From the NCBI RefSeq assembly GCF_002087085.1, contig NZ_MWQY01000001.1:124001-188000 (forward strand): 64,000 bases of DNA, given 5' to 3'. Positions 58,659-64,000 of this stretch are shown one piece after another. The stretch's first letter is position 1; each line of letters begins with the position of its first letter. A program made the position numbers and the translations under genes. The notes beneath the pieces are model-generated. The model ran no database searches, had not been told where the DNA came from, and worked only from the letters and a program-made list of their open reading frames with translations.

Positions 58659-61387
58659 ACCGCCCCCATTCGCTTGAGGTGTTCATCGACACGGGCCGAC
58701 AGGTCTGTCACTTCGCTCACCAGTTTCGGGAGCGGCGTGTCGTACCGTTCGGCAAGCTGACGAATGCGGGTGGTGAGAGTCTGAGAGACGCGATCCAGTT
58801 CACCCTGCACGGCCATGGCCAGAGTGGCCAGCCACTTGTCATCTACGACCAGGGTCTTGATCTCGTCCACGCTGAGCTGTGGGTATTTTTCATAGGCCAG
58901 CTTGTCCAGTGCGGCATCCGCTTCCTTGACCTTGCTTTTGAGTGCGCTTTGCTCGTCGAGCAGCGCCAGGAAACGAACTGTGGCATGCAGATCGACAAGA
59001 TTCTCCGGCAGAGGGTCGGCCTTGAGTCGCTTCTGGTATTGCTTCTCTACTTTGGCGAGAAGCTCAGACGCTTCTTTGGTTGCAGCCTTCTGCTCTTTGT
59101 CCGCTTCAAGATAACTGGTAAGTATCGCGCTCTCCTTCGGATCGCTGGTCGCGGCCAGTCGATCTTTGACTGCCTTGAGGGTCAAATTGCCCTTGTTGTT
59201 CTTCAACACGGAAATAAAGTGGTGATCGGTGAGAACTCGGATCTGCGTAGCGTGTTCCTCGGCCTGATCCATGAGGGCGCTGTAAGCGCGACTTGCGGTT
59301 TTGTCTTCCTCATTCCACACAGCGACGAGCGCCTGGGTGTATGCCTCCTGGGCGTCGCCCTTGGTGGAAACATCCTTCAGCGCACCCTCTTCACCGCCGT
59401 GCTCTTCGGCTAACTCGATGAGGCCGGTGCTAACAGCATCCAGTTCGTTTTGAAGGGCATCCAGCTCGGCCTGCTCTTCGGCGAAATAGCGAGCGACGAT
59501 AGTGGGTTTGGGGATCAGGTCGCAGACCCAGCCTTTGTCTTTCATCTCGCCCTTTTTCTTGCCGCTCTTGACCTCTTCCATGACACGATAGGGCCTGGCC
59601 ACCCAGCCATCGGCGGCGATCAGGTAGCAATCGTCCTGGATGGCTTCAGCCCAATAATCCATGAGGTGCTGGTAGATGTCATAGGCATCAAGCAGCGGGG
59701 CATTACGGAAATTTGTCAGCAAGTCCTCGGCAATGGTCTCAATCAGCGCTTTGGGGTGTCCTTCCTTGTTAAAGCCTTTCAGGGCCGGTGTGTTGGTTGT
59801 GCGCCAATGATCAAAGATTTTCGTTACGGCCGTTTTAAATGCCGTAAATTCGCTGTGACCCAGAATGGCCGACTTCACAGTAGAAATAGGCGATTTCAAC
59901 CTGGAATAACCGGGACGACCAGCGCTTTCGAAGAGTTCTTGCCGAACGCCGGGGATCACCTGCCAATAGGCATTCAGTGCATTGATATCCCGGTCGGGAA
60001 TCCCTCCGCGCAAATGACCGTCGATGTCCTGAATGTCCTCCGGGGAGGTAGAGTCGATGTAGCGTGGCAGATTAAGGTTGTAATCGTTTTTGGGGCCGGA
60101 AATCTCGTCGAAAGGCACCATGCGGGCATAGCGGGGTGTATTGGTCTGCTTGTTAAAGGTGTCGACAATCCTATGGATGTCCTGCTCGCGCAGACGGTTC
60201 TTGTTGCCGTCCTTGATAAAACCCTTGGAGGCGTCGATCATGAATACGCCCTTGCGCGCAGGCGCATTTTCCTTGTCGAGCACCAGGATGCATGCGGGAA
60301 TACCGGTGCCGTAAAACAGGTTGGCAGGCAGCCCGATGATACCTTTCAGATACCCGGAGCGGACCAGACGCTTGCGAATAACGGCCTCGGCATTGCCGCG
60401 AAACAGCACACCGTGCGGCAGGATGCAGGCCGCTTTGCCGGTACTTTTCATAGAGCGAATAATATGCAGCAGGTAAGCATAGTCACCCTGTTTTGCAGGT
60501 GGCTCTCCCCATTCAAATCGCTGGTACAGATCAGCGGCAGGCGAGAATCCGGTACTCCAGGCTTTGTCCGAAAACGGCGGATTTGCTACAACAAAGTCGT
60601 AGGTCCGCAAGTTCTCGCCATCCTTGAACTTTGGAGATGCGAGCGTGTTCCCATTAAGGATATTGGCTGTCGGAAAATCGTGCAGTATCATGTTCATGCG
60701 GGCAAGACCTGCGTTGGTCACGTCTTTTTCCTGCCCTTCAAGGGTGATGCGTGTGTCTGCCTCGGCAGCCACCTTTAAAAGCAGTGATCCGGATCCACAG
60801 GTCGGGTCATAGGCTGTAGTTGAGGCAACAGCATTCTGTGCAGAAATACCTATGACCTTCGCCATGACGCGGCTGACCTCAGAAGGTGTATAGAACTGCC
60901 CTTTGCTCTTGCCGCTCTCAGTAGCAAAGTGCCGCATGAGGTACTCGTAGGCATCCCCTAGAATATCGTCGTGATCGGCGCGGTTCCTGGAAAAATCGAG
61001 CTCAGGCTTTTGGAAGATGCTCACCAGATTGGTGAGTCTATCCACCATCGCCTTGCCCTCTCCGAGTTTGTTCGGGTCGTTAAAGTCGGGAAAGTCGCTG
61101 CGGGCCAGACGTGTATTGTTGTCAATCAGCGGCTGAATGATCTGCGTGTTGATCTTGTCGCCGATATCGCTCTTGCCCTTGAGTTTAATCATATCCTGAA
61201 AGCTGGAACCTTTTGGTATGACTACTGGTGGCTCAAACCCATCGTAGTTGGCGTATTTATCGGATATATATTTTATAAACAACATAAAAAGGACATAGTC
61301 CTTGTACTGGCTGGCATCCATTCCGCCGCGTAATTCATCGCAACTAGCCCAAAGGGATGAGTAAAGCTCAGATTTCTTGATGGCCAC
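58649..61387 (-). CDS. hsdM: Type I RM N6-adenine methyltransferase subunit M, with long C-terminal helical extension
   Basis: LWASCDELRGGMD, GQFYTP, DPTCGSGSLL, NPPF, LPHGVLFRG. Start reassigned to GTG 61387 (MAIKKSELY). Confidence 0.96.
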   Translation of the reverse strand: MAIKKSELYSSLWASCDELRGGMDASQYKDYVLFMLFIKYISDKYANYDGFEPPVVIPKGSSFQDMIKLKGKSDIGDKINTQIIQPLIDNNTRLARSDFPDFNDPNKLGEGKAMVDRLTNLVSIFQKPELDFSRNRADHDDILGDAYEYLMRHFATESGKSKGQFYTPSEVSRVMAKVIGISAQNAVASTTAYDPTCGSGSLLLKVAAEADTRITLEGQEKDVTNAGLARMNMILHDFPTANILNGNTLASPKFKDGENLRTYDFVVANPPFSDKAWSTGFSPAADLYQRFEWGEPPAKQGDYAYLLHIIRSMKSTGKAACILPHGVLFRGNAEAVIRKRLVRSGYLKGIIGLPANLFYGTGIPACILVLDKENAPARKGVFMIDASKGFIKDGNKNRLREQDIHRIVDTFNKQTNTPRYARMVPFDEISGPKNDYNLNLPRYIDSTSPEDIQDIDGHLRGGIPDRDINALNAYWQVIPGVRQELFESAGRPGYSRLKSPISTVKSAILGHSEFTAFKTAVTKIFDHWRTTNTPALKGFNKEGHPKALIETIAEDLLTNFRNAPLLDAYDIYQHLMDYWAEAIQDDCYLIAADGWVARPYRVMEEVKSGKKKGEMKDKGWVCDLIPKPTIVARYFAEEQAELDALQNELDAVSTGLIELAEEHGGEEGALKDVSTKGDAQEAYTQALVAVWNEEDKTASRAYSALMDQAEEHATQIRVLTDHHFISVLKNNKGNLTLKAVKDRLAATSDPKESAILTSYLEADKEQKAATKEASELLAKVEKQYQKRLKADPLPENLVDLHATVRFLALLDEQSALKSKVKEADAALDKLAYEKYPQLSVDEIKTLVVDDKWLATLAMAVQGELDRVSQTLTTRIRQLAERYDTPLPKLVSEVTDLSARVDEHLKRMGAVWN

Positions 61388-61510
61388 AATTCTATCCTTT
61401 TGATGTTCTTTTAGTCGACGTTCCGCCGGATTTTTTGAAGCGCTGAGTCGTAAGATCACACACCGTTATTTATAACATATTTTTGGCCTCGATGTGAAAT
61501 TACAAACGAT

Positions 61511-62431
61511 CTATACTGGAACCGCCCGGCCTCCGGGCTTCGCCCGGGAGATCCCTTCCATGATCCGGGCGAGATTCAGAGCGTCTTCTCCGCTGCAAAG
61601 GAGGGGAGAGCCGGCGGTCAGGGATTCCACAAAGTTCTCGACAATCCCCCAGTGACTGAAGGGAAGCCCCGGAACGGAGAGGCTGATCTTCTCTTCTCCA
61701 CCCCGGGCAATAACGAGGATCTCTCCCCCTTTAAGGTCCTGCAGATGGACTATCCCCTGATCGCCTTCAACAAGCAGCCCTTCGGGCATTCCCGTCTCCG
61801 TCCATTTCAATGACATGGTCACCGGTATGCCCTTCCCGGTCATGAGGCAGAGGAGGGGTGATGCCGTATCGTACCCGATATCGGAGACATCGGCGGATCT
61901 CAGGGAGATCTCAGCCATCTCTCCCATAAGATAGCGCATAAGGTCGATACGCTGGCTGGTGGAGAATTCACTGTTGACGTAGCCCGCAATAGGAGTACCG
62001 ATGAGGCCGCTCTGAACCACAGTCCTTACCTTCTCTACGGAAGGGTATCCCCTGCGGTAGAGGGCAACGCCGAGTTTTCGTTTCGCCCTATCCGCTGCCT
62101 GAAGCATTCGTTCACAGGATCCGGAGCCCGGTGCCATGGGGTGCTCGACGAGAACATGCTTTCCCGCTTCCAGCGCGCCCAGGGCCTGCTCCTCGTGGAG
62201 CTCCGTGGGAGTGGCGATATACACCGCATCGATGTCGCCGCTCTCGACAAGTTCGCTGAAACTTTCCACGTAGCGTCCCTTGCCGTGGCGGATGACGAAC
62301 TCCTCTCCCTCTTCGCGGTTCCGCCGGTGAACCAGCTCCAGGGATGAGTGTGCCACGAGATACAGGGGAGGCCCCGACATGTTTTCGCAGACATGACCGG
62401 CTCCGACGACGCCCCAGCGAACATGTTCCAT
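61511..62431 (-). CDS. Gfo/Idh/MocA family oxidoreductase
   Basis: WGVVGAG, DAVYIATP..LH, GKHVLVEHPM (usual EKP is EHP). Confidence 0.88.
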   Translation of the reverse strand: MEHVRWGVVGAGHVCENMSGPPLYLVAHSSLELVHRRNREEGEEFVIRHGKGRYVESFSELVESGDIDAVYIATPTELHEEQALGALEAGKHVLVEHPMAPGSGSCERMLQAADRAKRKLGVALYRRGYPSVEKVRTVVQSGLIGTPIAGYVNSEFSTSQRIDLMRYLMGEMAEISLRSADVSDIGYDTASPLLCLMTGKGIPVTMSLKWTETGMPEGLLVEGDQGIVHLQDLKGGEILVIARGGEEKISLSVPGLPFSHWGIVENFVESLTAGSPLLCSGEDALNLARIMEGISRAKPGGRAVPV

Positions 62432-62533
62432 AGAATAAGGCTACCATGGAACAGGGGAGTTGTCGACACAATCCGGACCGACAGCTGAAAGCGGCTTGCC
62501 CTTTACGGTAAATTACGGCATCCTTGAAGCGGT

Positions 62534-63592
62534 ATGGAAAACCGAACAATTCTGCTGCTGATCCTCACAGGGGCCCTGATCCTGTTTGCCTATATTACGC
62601 GCTTCTTTTTCGTTCCCATTGTTGTGGCCCTGACGATCGCCAATCTTTTTTATCCCCTCCATGAAAGGATAGTCCGCTCTCTTAAGGGGCGCCGCGGTGC
62701 GGCTTCGTTTTTTACAACCTTTCTGATATTCCTGGTTGTGGCTGTCCCCGTCTATCTTGTGGCCCAGCTTCTGGTCGTGCAGGCCCTGGATCTCTACAGT
62801 TTTCTGCGTGCTTATCTCAAGGACCCGGGAATCGAGGGCCTGATAGGGCAGATCAAGGGCCTTACCATTCTGCAGCGCTTCGATCTGCCCAGGGTAGACT
62901 GGGCTTCCGTGGCCAGCCGGAGCCTTTCCCAGACAGCCTCCTTTGTGTCGGATCTTATAAACAGGACCTCCGCGGGCATCCTCTCCGGGATAGCGGATAC
63001 CTTCGTAATCTTCTTTTCCCTCTTCTTCTTTTTCAAGGACGGCCCGACCATGCTGGAGGGGTTGAAAACGGCTCTGCCCCTGGAACCCCGGCATGTTGAA
63101 CGGCTGGCGGGGGAGTTCCGCCGGACCAGCAAAGCGGCGGTTTCCGCAACGGTAATAATCGGGCTCATTCAGGGATTCATCGGCTCCCTGACCTTTCTGT
63201 TTGTCGGTATCAAGGCCTGGCTGCTCTGGGGAGTCATCATGACGATTCTCTCCATCGTGCCCCTGGTGGGCTCCTACCTTATCATGGTGCCCGGAGCCCT
63301 GATACTGCTCGCCCAGGGCAGGGTCTGGGCCGCGGTCTTCGTGCTCTTCATGGCAAGCGCAGTCTCCTACGGAGCCGATTACCTGCTGCGTCCGCGCCTG
63401 GTGGGACGGGACGCCAGGCTGCACGATCTGCTTGTGTTTGTCGCTTCCCTTGGGGGGCTCGCGGTCTTCGGGCTTATGGGATTCATCGTTGGGCCGGTAG
63501 TGGCCAGCGTCCTGGTGGCCATGCTGAACATCTTTAAAGAGGGCTTTGAGCTTCCCGGCTTGGAAGACGGGGCAGTGGGGGAAGAGGAGTGA
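62534..63592 (+). CDS. AI-2E family transporter
   Basis: FFFFKDG, LIQG, SIVPLVGS, DYLLRPRLVG, GGLAVFGLMGFIVGP. Confidence 0.92.
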   Translation: MENRTILLLILTGALILFAYITRFFFVPIVVALTIANLFYPLHERIVRSLKGRRGAASFFTTFLIFLVVAVPVYLVAQLLVVQALDLYSFLRAYLKDPGIEGLIGQIKGLTILQRFDLPRVDWASVASRSLSQTASFVSDLINRTSAGILSGIADTFVIFFSLFFFFKDGPTMLEGLKTALPLEPRHVERLAGEFRRTSKAAVSATVIIGLIQGFIGSLTFLFVGIKAWLLWGVIMTILSIVPLVGSYLIMVPGALILLAQGRVWAAVFVLFMASAVSYGADYLLRPRLVGRDARLHDLLVFVASLGGLAVFGLMGFIVGPVVASVLVAMLNIFKEGFELPGLEDGAVGEEE

Positions 63593-64000
63593 TCCCCTGC
63601 GCCATAATCGGGCTCGGGCGTATCGCCTCGCTCCTGGAAGACGATACAAAAAGGGAGAAACCTGCCAGCCACGCCGGTGCTGTCAGCGCCCACCCTGAGA
63701 CCTTTATCGCCGCCGGCATGGACAGCGATCCGGAGCGGAGGGAACTCTTTTCCCGGCGCTGGGGCGACGTGCCGGTCTACGACGACCCCCGGCTGATGCT
63801 GCAGGACAGCTCCCCCGAAATCCTTCACATCTGCACCCACGCGGACTCCCATCTCGATTATCTGGCCCTCGCCCTGGAGTACCGGATACCCGTGGTGGTC
63901 CTGGAAAAGCCGGTAAGCGATTCCCTGGGCAGAGCGAAACGCATGCTGAAGCGTCTTCAGCGCAGCAGTACCAGGGTCGTGGTCAACCATGAACGGCGTT
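63589..64000 (+). CDS. Gfo/Idh/MocA family oxidoreductase; runs off the right edge of the window
   Basis: Translated by hand from GTG 63589 (GTGA overlap): MIPCAIIGLGRIAS...ICTHADSH...VLEKPVS...VVNHERR. Confidence 0.85.
   Translation, partial: MIPCAIIGLGRIASLLEDDTKREKPASHAGAVSAHPETFIAAGMDSDPERRELFSRRWGDVPVYDDPRLMLQDSSPEILHICTHADSHLDYLALALEYRIPVVVLEKPVSDSLGRAKRMLKRLQRSSTRVVVNHERR

Larger units (their letters stand above)
49743..61510 (-). mobile_element. Horizontally acquired defence island without visible mobility genes
   Basis: Abrupt shift to more AT-rich sequence right after the pflA stop, returning to host-like composition near 61510; seven co-oriented defence-related genes. Composition judged by eye. 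Confidence 0.7.

Noticed and set aside
59450..60778. 442-aa plus-strand ORF within the island
   Set aside because: Antisense shadow of hsdM; no motifs.
1..64000. CRISPR arrays, rRNA, tRNA, IS elements, prophage genes
   Set aside because: None recognised by eye; intergenic gaps are short and coding density is high. Small ncRNAs cannot be excluded without an Infernal/Rfam search.

Overview
A GC-rich bacterial chromosomal window, most likely from a free-living spirochaete (inferred from the short AlaRS, the rlmN-TPR block, the rsmD-recG-yggT-dnaE block and the MMPL-LolA-like trio). Most of it is housekeeping or metabolic: alaS, rlmN, hisZGB, recG, dnaE, ligA, hflX, srkA, pflBA, and an archaeal-type DUF39/NIL-ferredoxin/UPF0280 homocysteine module. 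Two regions stand out. (1) A visibly more AT-rich defence island of about 11.5 kb (49.9-61.4 kb). Its type I restriction-modification operon (hsdM-hsdS ... hsdR-M48) carries three extra genes between hsdS and hsdR: a DUF1643 protein with UDG-superfamily-like motifs, a Cys-rich PD-(D/E)XK nuclease and a GmrSD (DUF262-HNH) type IV enzyme. I infer a composite defence against both unmodified and base-modified phage DNA. (2) A tightly packed 7-gene operon led by a LoaP-like NusG paralogue. It joins nucleotide-sugar dehydratase and aminotransferase genes to a xanthine-dehydrogenase-like trio whose Mo subunit has lost its cofactor motifs, plus a DUF4954 protein. Also seen: a degenerate HD-GYP protein, a 51-aa lipoprotein missed by the ORF track, candidate TetR and FadR-type operators, recurrent leaderless promoters and two single-base frameshifts. 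All family calls come from motif recognition by eye; no searches were run. No rRNA, tRNA, CRISPR array, integrase or transposase was seen.
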